A DNA stretch of 64,000 bases from Callorhinchus milii (Eukaryota), in NCBI RefSeq assembly GCF_018977255.1, contig NW_024704742.1:89530001-89594000 (forward strand), given 5' to 3'. Of the stretch, positions 37,491 to 51,035 are shown piece by piece. Numbering within the stretch: the first letter of the stretch is position 1; the number at the start of each line of letters is the position of its first letter. A program made the position numbers and the translations under genes. Below the pieces are notes generated by a model. The model was not told the DNA's origin. It saw only the letters and a list, made by a program, of their open reading frames with translations, and did not search any database.

Positions 37491-40294
37491 AAACTTCAGA
37501 ACTGACTCCTGAGGGATGACATTTCTCAGTTAATAATGATTTTATGGTATGAAGCTGGAATCCAGGTTAATTCTGGAAGGTTGCTGCAAATAGACACTTT
37601 AATGCTTCATGATGTTGAAATTAACATAGAAACCGCTTCCTGGCATTTGCGAGAAGTTCCATCTGGGTCTCCATTTACTCTTATTTACGTTGCATTTCAG
37701 AGTGTTCAAAATTCAGCAAATTGTTAAATTCAGTATTAACTTTCAAAAATATCAACTCATTATCAACCCATAATATAGGGCCTTTCATGCCAGAAGGACA
37801 TGATCTCAAAGCTTCACAGGATTTACTGTAAAGTGCACTGACTGTATTTTGTAAGTGGAAACAGCAGTTAGTTTGTGCAAAGCATTGTCCCCAAAACATC
37901 CATGAAGAGAATGATCATTTTTATTTGGGGGATTGTTGGTTTGTCTTTAAGAAAGGCGTGTCAGGGACTGAACATTAATTCTCTCTTTGTCAGGCTGTGT
38001 CTCTTATCATCCTCCATGTAGACAGAAATAACAATTTAGGGAGCACCTACTGCTGATTGTATTCAGAAAAGTTGTTTGATCTGGCAGGTGATGGTAAATC
38101 ACTTCTGACTTTGCCATTGTTCTGCCAGTAGTCTGAGGTGCTAAGATTTTAATGAGCAACTAAAAACTATAAGAACAGAACAAATGTATGTCTGGGTTCC
38201 TATGATAAGAAAGTTGTACATAACCCCTGTGTCCCAGTCCTTGGTTCTCCAACAGTTTATAGTCCGCTCACGGTGGGAAAGTACCGAACACCAGCACAAA
38301 TTATGAAGGCTGCAGGAAACAAGGATTTAAAATAAAACTAAAACAGGATTTTTATCATTGGATCCCAAGGCCACTATCAGACGTTTACTCTGAGATGCAT
38401 AACCTCAGCAAATTCGTGAAATACTGACTATAATGAGCCACACAGTATTCCGGTTATTTTTTTCAAAATGGCAAATGTGTGCCTGGAGTGTGTGGGAAGA
38501 GACCTTACACGATGCTTTTGACATGATTTGGGAATTTGATGAGAACCATACTTTATAAGATCTGAGGGAACAAGCCTATTAACAGTTTAAAATGTGGTCT
38601 CCTGTGAAGATAGGTTAAAATAAAGGACGTGTGCTCCGAGCAATATTCACAGGATCACATGAGATGAGGAAGGCTCTTTAGCCCTTTAGATCCCATTATT
38701 CCAGAATACCATTCTCCCATAAATAATAATAACCCTTGCATTTGATATAGTGCCTCATCCCATCATCATCGGGTCTTAAAGTGCTTCACAGGTTGTATTG
38801 TAAAGTGGTGTGACTGTGTGTTTGGTGGGTGATTACATCATCATGTCCATGACAGCATTTCTTAAATGAGTCTACCATCCTGGTATCAACCATTTTTCCT
38901 GCTAATCTGTTCCAGTTGTTAACTATCCTCTGTATAAAGTAACGCTGATGAATTAGAGGGACTGAACCTAAGTGTACAAACCTTGATGCCTGAACTGAAG
39001 ATGTACTTTGCCAGAAGGGTCAGAGCAAGATGTGATTAATTTTCAAGTGACTCAAATGCATTTATAAACAAGGCAAACAATTGGTAATCTGAACGCTGAA
39101 CATTTTGTCTGATTACAGGGTGACACTGTGAACGACAGATCTCTGGGCCCTGTGACAATTCCTAACTGTCTTACAGTACCAGTGACCTACAGATTACACA
39201 AGGAGGAGACTTCTTACCACAAAAAGGGTATGTTTCAAAAGACGTATCACGACAAGCACGCAGTGAAGCAGAGATCATCTGAATGTGAAAATCGTGCTGA
39301 AAATGATTGTATATCAATCCAGCATTCTATATTTGGTGCAATGAGCGAGTTGATGCCCGATTTATCTGTGTACTGTGCTTGTAGGTTTGGCTGTATAAAG
39401 AGCCTGCTTGAAAGGAATATCAGTGTTGGTGAATCTGCCAGTTCATTTGTGATACACTCCCATATTTCACAACTGCATCTTTTTGACTTGCTGACCTGTA
39501 CCCAGCAAAATCTTACCCACAACAAGTAACTCATTAGAAGCCTGGAATGGAATAAGGGATGTGATGCTGCTTATTGGACTTTGCATTTTGCTTCCTGATA
39601 CAATACGGCGGAAGAAAATTGTATCCGCTATTCCGAGTCCAAAGATAATTCCTTTCATGCCTTCAGGGTTAATGCTCATGAATGCCGTGTGATAGAACAA
39701 TATTGAGTATTCAGAGAAACGCATGAATAATGCTGTCAATTTTATATAAATTCAAATCATGCCTCCCTCAAATGCCTTTAAGTAGGCTTTTAAAAGCTCT
39801 ATAGCAAGTAATAAAGCCAATGCTTTTTCTTTGCAATGTAATCCATATAACGCTACATATTTATTCCACGTAACTTTGCTATGAAAGGAATATTACGTTG
39901 ATCAATATACCTGAAGTTGCTGCCTGTTCATTCAGTACTGTATCCACACAATAATTCCATTTCACATGCATAATTTTGTGGTGTTTGTGTAATGATATAT
40001 TTTTGTTTAATTATAAACATTACCCCGATTCCTGACCATTACTGAACTACTTTGATGTAACATTAATAAGATTTCTCTAATCTTCTCCATAGACTGGTTG
40101 CAAGGTAGTGTGCACTATTGCTACCACTAACTCCTTGTTGAGACACTTAATGCTAAAACCTCATTCTTTGTCTCATTCTTTGCCAAATGGATTTTACAGC
40201 ACTGTGCCTTAAGGTCTGTCGGCACAGAAAATTCATACAATCCACTGAGTAAGTTATTAAGGACCTTAACAAAATGCAGTGTGAATACTTGTTG

Positions 40295-40773
40295 TAGCGC
40301 TGTGGTTGGGATCCATAAAATGCTATAATGAAACTAGTTTCACAGTGCACGTCTGCAACCAACTGGCTCGCTCCCTTAGCACTGGTCAGTTCCCCACACT
40401 AAATCAAAAGACTGGGGCATCAGGTTCCTGGCTATCACTCATAGATGCAGAGCAGAAAGTGATGTTGGCAGTAACTGATGACCTGGAGTTGGCCATCATT
40501 AATACGTGGGAAGCTAAAATGGCTGACTTCAGGGTCATCGGATCCTAATGATATCACTTCCTGCACTGCATGTTTGTAGCATGCAGCAAATGACATCCTT
40601 GGTGACCTAATGACCTAGCAGTTGGCCGGTTTAGCACATGAGCAGGCTGGCTACATGCATGTGCAGTGAATGGAATCTACACTGTAATCATATTAGAACC
40701 AAACCACTATTAAAAAATGCGCTATAACTGGTCAGCACTGTAGCATTTTACGCATGGACTAAGGGCAACCTAG
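40295..40773. mobile_element. Candidate non-autonomous DNA transposon (subterminal inverted repeats plus central palindrome)
   Basis: 40316-40350 is approximately the reverse complement of 40718-40750. Imperfect palindrome at 40513-40635. Confidence 0.5.
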
Positions 40774-41279
40774 TAATTTCACCATTCTGGTTTCATACTT
40801 GTAGCCTTTTCAATCGTTCATCCAATCAGCACATTTTACAACAGATCACCCATTATCACATAGGCTTGACATACATAATCCAGGTGGAAATGACAGGCAC
40901 TCTTCATTTAAAACACGTGGTGTGTGCAGTGCAAATGTAAGCAAATGGCTAAGGGAATTGACAAGGCCCACAATAAAATGGATTCAGAAACTAAAAAGCA
41001 CATATTGATCAGTACAGTCAACACATTAGAGGTGATCTAATTGCAAATATCCTGGGGGAATTTAATCATCAGAGATGCTGATTCCTTGAACACATTATAT
41101 ATCTGTATTTGGTAAAATTTTTGAGGTTGATATACATCAGTCATCACCCACTGTGCACATCCCACCCTCTACTTCTCCAGATATGAAATCAACAAAGAAC
41201 CAACAGTATTTTCCTGCAGATGTAATGCAAAATTTTAACCTACTTGTGGGGAATAATTTGCAAATACCAATCTTATGTG

Positions 41280-41625
41280 AGGATAAAGAAAATAGAACAA
41301 AGAAGGTTGAGAAGAGACATAATAGAGGTGTTGAACATTTTGGAGGTTTTATTAAGATAAATAGGGGCAGTTCTTTCCCACTGCTTAGGAGGTCAGTAAT
41401 TGGAGAGCATATATTGAGATCATCTCCAAAAAAAAGGAAAATATTTATTTTACACACAGAAGGTGATTACGAGATGGGGTACCCCTCCCAAAAATAGTGA
41501 CTAAAACGAAATACGTAATAGCTTTTAAAAGGGAATTGGAGAAATATTTGAAAAAAAGAAAAATGTAAAGGACCATAGGTAAAGAGCAGGGAGTGCGATT
41601 AACTGGAACAAGTAGAGGTCCGTTG
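41280..41625 (+). mobile_element. Decayed CR1 3' fragment
   Basis: RRLRRDIIEVLNILEVLL-type remnant, TTTACACACAGAAGGTG, GCTTTTAAAAGGGAATTGGAGAAATATTTG. Confidence 0.7.
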
Positions 41626-43044
41626 TAACACAATGGTTGGTATTGGCAAAATCCCAACCAGCTCCATGGTGGGGAGCACCGCTGCTATAATGGGGAGTGC
41701 ACGCAGATAGACAAACATCAGCAGGACACAGAAAGTAACATCAGCAGCAACTTTATGACCTGGAAGTTGTCTATTTTGGCTTTCCCCATCCCGGCACTGA
41801 AGATGTACTTCTTCGACTGTGTTTTGGTCATCTTTCCCCTCCCTACTCCATCTCGGCTCCCACCCCAATTCGGTGCCCAGCCAACAATGTTGTGCTTTCA
41901 GATGACCTCCCGATGTGAAAGGCGCGGTATAAATGTAAACTGTATTGTATTTCAGACGACAATGTTGTGGGCTCGCTCATTTCAGATTTTTTTGTTGAGT
42001 AAATGTTGGGGTTGTAAATCAACCCACAGTCTAATAAAGTGCTTTCTTACAGGATGCCATTGCAGTTCCTTCATTGTGTCTGCAGAGTCATGAAGGGCTG
42101 AATAGCCTCCTTCTATTTCACAGTAAAATTCCATGAGTCTATCCTAAAGAAGTAAAGATCACACGGTTTAGTAGACATTCCTAACACCAAATAAATCACC
42201 CAGTTTGCACACGGTGTGAGACTGTCTGCACCAAAGAGGTTTGGACTGAGTTTCTCCAAGCATGTGAAGCAGTGTTGCAATATGCCTTTTCTTCAAGGTA
42301 TGAGGTATCTATTAACATCTCAAAAGAGACAACTCACGTCAATTATGATATTTGTCCTCCTGACCATATACAGATGTGACCTTGATGGAACCAATCTAGT
42401 TTAAACACTACCGAATTGTAATGAGAAGAGATTCCGACAGAAGCTACACTTGCCCAAGAGCCCTTTAAAAGCAGAGCAGGGGAATTAGTTTCCAACTAGT
42501 TTGTCCTCAAGACATGTAAATGCATGATATCATTTATCCTGAGGTGGATTTACTTGTCAAAAGAAATAAAGTAAAATGTTATAAGGTAGAGGCTTGAAAT
42601 ATGGATTTCATCAGCTACTGCTCTGGTGTAAATCATTCAGCACGATTTAAATTCATAAATCAAGACAATTTTCAGGTTCATTATTCAACAAGGCTATGCA
42701 CTACGGTTATTAAAAAATATTTTAATTTTGGTTGTTGTTCAGGAATCCACAGTGGCAGGATAGAATTTTGTGATTGAATAGCTGATTTTGCCTTACTGTT
42801 ATACAGGTGAACTTTATAACTAGACTGCTTTAAATGAATGTTCAATGATTATGCAGCAGTCGTGGAATCAAAAGAAATCTATTTCCTTAAAGTAATATTA
42901 AGTGATTGCAGCAAAAAAATCTTTAAGACTTGCACTGTGTGAGATGGTTCTTAGAGACGCTATGTAATTACAAGATAACAAGTCTTAGAAATAGTAACAA
43001 TCCTTGCATTTGATATAGCGCCTTATCACATTGTAAAGACGTAG

Positions 43045-44010
43045 CAACAACAACAAATTGCATATATATAGCAAACTTTTATGTCAGGCAGATGATCCAA
43101 GGCGGTCAAGGGTTTGCAACCGAGCTGGGGGTTGGATTTGGGAGGGGTGGGGTCCAAGGAGGGTGGGGATGGGCAAGGGGGAAGATGACCAACCATGGTC
43201 AAAGAGGAAAATCTTGAGACAAATCTTGAAGGTTTCAAAGTGAAGTGATTCAGGGATGGAGTTACAGATAGTGGGGCAGAAAGATTGAAAGCTCAACCGC
43301 CAAGGGTGGGGCCTGCAAGGTAGGGGACGTGAAGCAGGCCTGTGCCTGCTGAGTAGAGGGAGCAGGCGGGTTGGTAGGGTTTAAGAAGTTCACAGAGGTA
43401 GTGGGGGCAAGACCATGAAGAGATATAATTTTTATATATTATTATTATATAAAAGTGTGGCCAACGATCTTGAACTCAATCCTCTGGGTGATGAAGAGTC
43501 AGTGAAGCCGATCAAGGATGGGGTTTATAGGCTCGCGGTATGGGAAATGGGAACAAGCTGCAGAGTTCTGGATGATATGCAGCTTGTGGAGGGAAGAGTT
43601 GGCATCAAGTCCATTGAGCTGAGAGTTGGCAAAGTCAAGCCTGGATATCATGAATGCATGGATAAGGATCTAAGAGATGCAAGCGGAGAAGTAGTGGCAG
43701 AGATGGGGAATGTTGCGGAGGTGGGGGAAAGCTGGGTCAGGGCACAAATTTGGAGTTTAAAGAACAGTTGAGAGTTGAAAAAGAAAGCGGGATTCTGCAC
43801 TGGCTCTATAAGGTGGAGAGTGCCTCAATGTAGATTGATGCTGTCAGCACCTGTAGTGATAAGGAGCTGACGGGAGCCAAGCTGGAGAGCCTCTATCTTG
43901 TCGACATTTAATTGGAGAAAGTTAGCTTTCATCCAGGATTTTATGTCTGACAGACAATCAGTCAGAACAGCAGTGGTTCTGAAATCGGGAATGGAGTCAG
44001 AGAGATAATC
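43045..44010 (-). mobile_element. L2 3' fragment (about 1 kb)
   Basis: Reverse complement gives VLTDCLSDIKSWMKANFLQLNVDKIEALQLGSRQLL...LQLVPISH region, 3' UTR and a (TTG)n tail. Confidence 0.9.
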
Positions 44011-44292
44011 TCAACAAACCTCACAGGATTGAGTGTGAAATGTAGTGACTGTATAGTTGTAGGCAAATGTATCATTCATACACCAAACTGTTCTGGCAGT
44101 CACAGCTGTACTCACTCTCAGTTCAAGACCTTACTCTTGGAGATTCCTTCAGCAGTTTGAACCTGGTTACCTGGATTTGCTTCAAGTTTAAATTTTTATG
44201 TGAGACATTACTGCGTGGAAATTGGCTGCCTTATTCGCTTACAATATACAGGTCATTACACTTTGCAGTATATCCTGTGAAGTGATTTGAGA

Positions 44293-44540
44293 CAACAACA
44301 ACAAGATTCCATTTATTGAGCGCCTTTCACGTCAGGAGGACGTCCCAAGGCGCTGTACAGTTGGGTCAGGACCCGAGCCGGGGGGAAATGGTCAGGGTGA
44401 GGGGAGGGAAGGGAGGGAGCGAGGTAGAGAGTCCAGAGGGGAGCTGAAGGCACGGTCAAAGAGAAAGGTCTTGAGACCGGCCTTGAAGGAGGAAAGGGAG
44501 GAAGCAAGGCGAAGGCACTGGGGGATAGAGCTCCCCCAGG
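44293..44540 (-). mobile_element. L2 3' UTR and tail
   Basis: GCGCCTTGGGACGTCCTCCTGACGTGAAAGGCGC plus (TTG)n on the minus strand. Confidence 0.88.
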
Positions 44541-45369
44541 GGTTAGACATCTGGATGCGAAAGGCGCTGCATCAGATGTAAGGATCATTATATTATTACC
44601 TCCCTCCCGAGCACACTTGATCCTGCCTCCATTTTTCAGAACTCTATGCCCATTTTTGGACTTTCAAGCCAGCAAGTTATCCTTCCCTCCAGTCAGTTTT
44701 ACTTTAAACTCCACTCTATCAGCTATTGCATTACATCAAACACCCTGCTATAGTGCATGGATTTGCATTCAGAAGTAATTTTCTATTTGTTTTATCTGAC
44801 AATCACCACCAGGTTATTCATCTGACTGAACGTGAACTCACAATGCTATCATAAATGTCGATTCTAGTCCTAACAATTTCAGTCCAGCAGAATCTTGTGT
44901 GACATTGATCTCAAAAACAAATTTGACCTTTCATGAAACTGCACACAATAATCTCGAGCAACTCAAAGGGACTGACACACAGTAGATTTTCCATTACCGT
45001 TTCTATAAGGTGTGGCTCACATCTCAAACTTTTATAGGGGCATGTTTGAGGTTCTAAGGTGTTTGAGATTACACTGACATTTGCCAACAAAAATCATTAG
45101 TTACGAATTTACAGTAAATCCCGTGAAATGCTTTGAGATGTCTTCTTGGCACGAAAGGCACTATATCAAGTGCAAGGATTATTATTTATTATTAAAGTAT
45201 TACCAACAACTTGTGGAGTGTAAACAAGTGAAAAAGATAAGACTCATATTTTAGCATGCAGGGTAGACATTCCACATAGACCTAGATTTCCTCTATGTGA
45301 GGTGAATTAATTTACTCTATTTGAGGTCTTTGAATCTCTCAGCCTGGACTCACTGGGACTATAAGAGTG

Positions 45370-48250
45370 TCCCCTCTCCCCACGATGACCCACGCCAGCG
45401 GCTAACCACATCTCGCTGACCACCAACCCCCCCACCCCTGACGTTCGCTCTTAGTCTCGGCGTGCGCATTTTGGCTGCCGCCATCGACCCGAGCTGCTTC
45501 TCTATGCTGCCCCCACCCCTGGCCTCTACCCTCCATTACTCCTGCTTGGTCCTCCTCTTGCACCGCCCTCCCCAACTCCTAACCCTGTTCGACCATCCCT
45601 CTGCTCCAGCCTGCAAATCCTCCATCAGGCCCACCATGGCAGACGTCACTGGCTGTCCAACAGCAGTCATTCTGACTGCCCTTTCCCCCATTCTCGCCTG
45701 ACCCTAGGGGGGCAACATCTCCTCCTTCATCCACATCCCCACCTTTCCTTTCAGTCCTCCCCTTCATCCCCTCAACCCCCACATTCTGCCACCAATTGTC
45801 CCCTCTGCATTGGCCTACAAAATGTCCGCTCCCTCTCCAACAAAACACTCACCGTTCAAGACATCATTGTCAACAAAAACATTGACATTCTCGCCCTCAC
45901 TGAAATCTCGGCCTATCCCCTTACTCCTCAGGAACTTTCCCCTCCTTTGAACACCTTACCCTTTATTACCCCTCCAACCTTTCCATCAAAATTCTCCTTA
46001 TCTATTGCCCGCCCCAAGCCCTCCCCCATCTTCATCCCCGACATCTCCACCCTCCTATATTCCCTTTCCCTCTGCTCCGAGCGCTTCCTCATCCTAGCCC
46101 ACTTCAACCGTCACTTCATCCCCTCTTGCTCGACCTCCTGACTTCTCCTCCCTCAACCTCACCCTCCACATCCACTCCGCCACCCACATTCGCAGTCACC
46201 TTTCTCAATTTGGTGATCACTCGGAGTCTCACCGTCTCGCACCAACATCGATAAAGTGATCTTGGACCATCACTTCATCTCCCTTAACTCCTCAATCCCT
46301 CTCCCACCACCTCCCAAACCACCTCCGTTTCCCACCACCCCTGGAAAAAAGTCTCCCTCCAACCCCTCCCTCTCAGCTGCCTTGGAGTCATCTGAACTCC
46401 TTGCCCTCTGGGCTTCCTCCCACTATTCTCCTTGGTCACTCTTCTCCACAGCTCCCTCTCCTCCACTCTCGATTCCCTCGCTCCCCTCTCTACCCAAACC
46501 ATCTCCTATTTACATAAGTCACCATGGCATATCAGCCATCTTCGCTCAGATATGTGCTGCTGAATGAACCTAGCTTAAATTGAACTTAATGGTCCATCAG
46601 CAGATTTGGCTGGATCTTATCAAATCCTACCACTGCGCCCTCGCCTCCTCTAAATTGTCGTTCTACTCCAAGACAATCTTGGAAGCCTAGGACAACCCCA
46701 GGCTCCCCTTCTCCATCACAAACCAGCTCCGCCGCCCACCCTCTCATGCCACCCCCATCCTCACCTCCAATGTCAACTGCAAGGCGATTCTGGACTTCCT
46801 CAAATCCAAAGTTAAGGGATCCTCTCAGCTGCCTCTGCCATTCCGTCTACTACACCCTCCCCATCTTCCCCATCCATCCCGACCCCTACCCATGCCTCCT
46901 TGCATACCTTTGAACCTGTCTCGCTCTTCTCTCTCACCACCACTATAACCTGCATGAAACCGACCACCTGCTCCCTCGACCTCATCCCTACCCCTTTCAT
47001 TACCTCCCAGCTCCACCTTCTTGTCTCTTCTCTCACAGACATCATAAACCTCTCCCTGTCCACTAGTACTGTTCCCACCCTATTAAAAATGGCCGTCATC
47101 ACTCCTATGCTCATAAAACCCTCCGTGGAACCATCTGTGCTCTCAAACTACAGCCTCATCTCCAACCTCCCTTTTCTCTCCAAGTTCCTGGAATGAGTTG
47201 TTGCTTCCCAGCTTTGCTCCTTCCTCTCCCGCCACTCCCTTTACAAACCCTCCAATCGGGTTTCCATGCTTCCCACAGCACAGAAACAGCCCTGGTCAAA
47301 GTAACAAATGACATTCTGTCCATCTGGGACCAGGGGTCCCTCTGCCTCCTCATCCTCCTTGACCTCTCTGCTGCCTTCGACACCATTGACAACTGTATCC
47401 TCATACCTTTCCTCTCACCTCAACCTTCATAGCTCTGTCCTTGACCTCACAAGTCCTACCTCACACACCGCCAGCAGTACATCTGCACAAACGGCTTCTC
47501 CTCCCACTCTCACCCAGTCACTTGCGGAGTACCCCAAGGATCCATCCTTGGTCCCCTCCTCTTTCTGATCTACATGCTCCCTCTTGGGGATGTCATCCGT
47601 AGACATGGAGTACATTTCCACATGTATGCAGATAACACCCAACTCTATTTTTCCACCTCTCTTTGCGACCCCCAGTCCCTTGATGTTCTGTCAGCCTGCC
47701 TGTCAGATCTCAGGGGCTGGATGAACTTCCTTCAGCTGAACTTTGGCTCTCATCAACGTCTAAAATCTCACAGCTCTCACCTCCTCCACCTAGCTGACCT
47801 CCTCCTAAAACTCTCCGAACCCGTATGCAACCTAGGCATCAGGTTCGACCCCCAATTATCCTTCCTCCCCCACATCTGGTCCCTCACCAGCACCGCTTTC
47901 TTCCACCTCCGATGAATCACCCGTCTCCGCCAATGCCTCTCCCCAAAACCCGCTGAAACCCTGGTCCATGCCTTTGTCACCTCTCGGCTGGACTACTCCA
48001 ATACCCTTCTCGCTGGTCTCCATCCTGCAGTCTCTCTGCCTCACTCCCTCCCTTGTCTCCTTCAAGACCCATGTCAAGACCCTCCTATTCGACCGTGCTT
48101 TCGATCACCCAGCTTTCCCCCCTGCCCTCCACCATCCCCAATCCCGACTCCCAGCTCGGGTCCGAAACTCTGACGGTCCAGCACCTTGAGACATCCTCCC
48201 GACATGAAAGGCACAATACAAATATCATTTTGTTGTTATTGTTGTTGTAT
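45370..48250 (+). mobile_element. Long decayed L2-clade LINE (APE endonuclease + RT + 3' tail)
   Basis: APE motifs LQNVRSLSNK...DILALTE (about 45810-45905), LILAHFN and DHHFI. RT motifs QSGFHASHSTETALVKVTNDIL, LILLDLSAAFDTID, GVPQGSILGPLLFLIYM and MYADNTQLY. Ends in a stem-loop tail plus (TTG)n. Many stops, frameshifts and internal deletions. Confidence 0.95.
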
Positions 48251-48364
48251 TTTCTTCGCATTTTAAATCTCCAGAATTTGGCAAATTCTTGAACACAATC
48301 TTAATTTTTCTATAGGTTCTTTTAAGAACCTTTCAAGTTCTTTTAAATAAAAGAAAAATTAATC

Positions 48365-49160
48365 ATAGACAGACTGGTAAAATGGGCAGACACATGGCAG
48401 ATGAAGTTTAATGTGGAGAAATGCAAAGTGATTCATTTTGGGAGGATGAATAAGGAGAGGCAATATAGTTAGCTGCTACAGAGAGACCCGGGGGTTCATA
48501 TAAGTAAATCTTTGAAGGTGGCAGGACTGATAGACAAAGCTGTTAAAAAATTTACAGGATACTAAGCTTTATAAATATGGGCACAGAATCCAAAAGTCAG
48601 GAAGTTGTGATGGACCTTTATAAAACACTGGTTAGTCCTCAGCTAGAGTACTGTGTTTAGTTCTGGGCACTACACTTTAGGAATGATGTCAAGGCATTGG
48701 AGAGGGTGCAAAGGAGATTTACCAGGATGGTACCAGGAATGAGGGACTTCAGTTATCAGGAGAGGCTAGAGAAGCCAGGATTATTCTCCTTGGAGCAGAA
48801 AAGATTAAGAGGAGACTTAATAGAAGTTTTCAAAATTATGAGGGAATTCGATCGGGTGAACAAGGAGAAACTACTTCCACTGGCGGGTGGGTAGGTAACC
48901 CGAGGACACTGATTCAAAATAGTTGTTAAAAGAAATTTTTACACAGCGAGTTGTTCGGATTTTGTTTGGAATGCATTGCCTGAAAGGATGGTGGAAGCCG
49001 ATTCGATAACAGCTTTTAAGAGAGAAGTAGATAATTATTTGGGGAGGACAAGTTTGCAGGACTATGGGGAGAGAACAGGGGAGTTCGATTGATTTTGGAC
49101 AGCTTTTTTAAAAGAGCCAAATGGCCTCCTTCTGTGCTGTATAATTCTATGATTCTATGA
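48365..49160 (+). mobile_element. CR1 LINE 3' portion with intact terminus
   Basis: LVKWADTWQMKFNVEKCKVIHFG, LERVQRRFTRMVPGMRDFSYQERLEKPGLFSLEQKRLRGDLIEVFKIM, terminal ATTCTATGATTCTATGA octamer repeats. Confidence 0.95.
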
Positions 49161-50462
49161 ATCCACAATTGTTTTTGGGACACTGCTATGCATAATTGGC
49201 TGCTGCATTTCGCCCACAAAATATACAGTCAATTCATTTTGCAGAATATTCTGTAAAGCGCTTTGAGATGTTTTGAAGATGATATGGTGCTATATCAAAT
49301 GCAAGGATTATTACTATTATTATAACTATGGAAAACCAGCTTCAAAGTTGTTGAAGTTCAACAATTTGCAAATTCTGGCACTGTAAAATGTTACATAAAT
49401 AGAGTAAACTATTTAAATAGAGTATCATCAACCTAATTTCTATCCTCAAGATTGAAACAAGTCACAAAAGGGTCATAAGTTACTAGAGATAGGCTTTACA
49501 GCTTCACTGTTATGGTGGCCAGGCTACTTCTCATTCAGGATACATATCATCAATGGATCCACCTCCAGACTATTGGATCCATGCAACTGCATTGGATGAA
49601 ATAGATCAAAGCAGCAAATAAACAGTTGGTGCATATCTCTCTGCCACTTGGCCTGTACCCAGGCAGCATTTAGTTGTTATCTTAAAAATATCAAACAGAT
49701 GTTTGAAACAGGTCCTAGAGAAAATGTAAAGGAAATCAAAGGGGATAATCCCTGGTGTTAGAAGATTGGACTATGACTTTCAGATGTCAAGCAGCAAAGC
49801 AAGGCAGGATATGTTCAGGGAATAAAGGCAAATTTCAGGACAGATACCAGAAAGTATCTCTTTACCCAGAGGAGACTGGGGCAGATTACCAGTGAGGGAG
49901 GATAAGTCAGAATTCTAGCCTTGTTTAAGAAACAGCTTGATGCTCTAATGGGAAGATGGTTGGGTGGAAATTCTGGAAGACTGATATCAACCCTAGTTTA
50001 AAGAAAAATGTGCTGCAGCAATCGTCCAAGACATGGAAATACTTGAGAGCTAAACGTTGTATATAAGTGACAAGACCTCAGACAAAATGACCATACTGTA
50101 AGCTTGAAAGTGGTAACAGCTCAAACAACAGTTTCAGTTTCAAACAACATGATTCTCAGGCAAGCTTTAAGAACTGATGAAAGGTGGTCAAATGTGCTTC
50201 TAATATCAGCCTCAATCCACCATCTAACCTTTTGGAAACAATGAGAGTCATACAGCTTTCCTCTGCAGATAAGGTGAGGTAATTCAGTATTATAATTGTG
50301 AAAAGGTCATCTGAAATTCTAGGTGAGATCCCAAAACTATCAAAATGCAGGAGCCATTCAGTCAAAACAAAATCACACTGAATATGTTAGAAATATCCTT
50401 CAAAAGCTTGTTTCCAGGCCTTGCTGGCGTACGTATTCAGTTTCTATCTGAGGAACAGGGTC

Positions 50463-50662
50463 TCAGTCTGGCTCAGTTGGTAGCACTCTCTCCCCTGAGA
50501 CAGAAGGTTGTAGGTTCAAACCCCACATCGGATTTTGAGCTCACAGTCCGGCTGTTGTTCCAGTGAAGTACTGGGGGAATGCTGCATTGTTGGAAGTGCT
50601 ATCTTGTAATTAAGACATTAAACCAAGGACCTGTCTGCTAGTCCAGGTAGACATTAAAGATT
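50463..50662 (+). mobile_element. Old Deu-domain SINE, 5' half
   Basis: TGGCTCAGTTGGTAGCACTCTCTCCCCTGAGACAGAAGGTTGTAGGTTCAAACCC...TTAAACCAAGGACCTGTCTGC. Confidence 0.8.
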
Positions 50663-50762
50663 TTGCCAGACCAAAATCTCGACCACTGACTATGTTGATG
50701 CTCATGGAAATGTGATGGTTACACAATCTCAAATGATATCTGGATGACAAGTCATTTTGGCC

Positions 50763-50880
50763 TCATAGGAACATACAAACATAGGAACAGGAGTAGGCCA
50801 TTCAGTTCCTTGAGGCTGTTCCACCATTCTATAAGATCTTGGGTGATCTGTACCTCAACTCCAAATTACCCACCATAACA
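50763..50880 (-). mobile_element. CR1 3' terminus of a further family
   Basis: Plus strand CATAGGAACATACAAACATAGGAACAGGAGTAGGCCATTCAG is the reverse complement of ...GAATGGCCTACTCCTGTTCCTATG repeats. Confidence 0.75.
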
Positions 50881-51016
50881 GCTAACAGCCAATTTGCATT
50901 TTCAATTTCAATTTTCATAGATGGAATGATTCTCTGGATGGTCCACACAATCATAGCAGTAGGTCACATTATACCTTGAATATTTGGTATAGATGGCATA
51001 TTGATCTCATCCAGAA

Positions 51017-51035
51017 GGTGCCCTCTTGTGGTGCA
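51017..51035 (-). promoter_or_regulatory. Candidate CTCF core motif
   Basis: Minus strand TGCACCACAAGAGGGCACC versus consensus CCASYAGRKGGCRS (one mismatch). Motif match only. Confidence 0.3.

Noticed and set aside
39128..39739. Overlapping ORFs with splice-like signals (AAGG|GTATGT near 39227)
   Set aside because: No recognisable product in any frame and no consistent exon chain.
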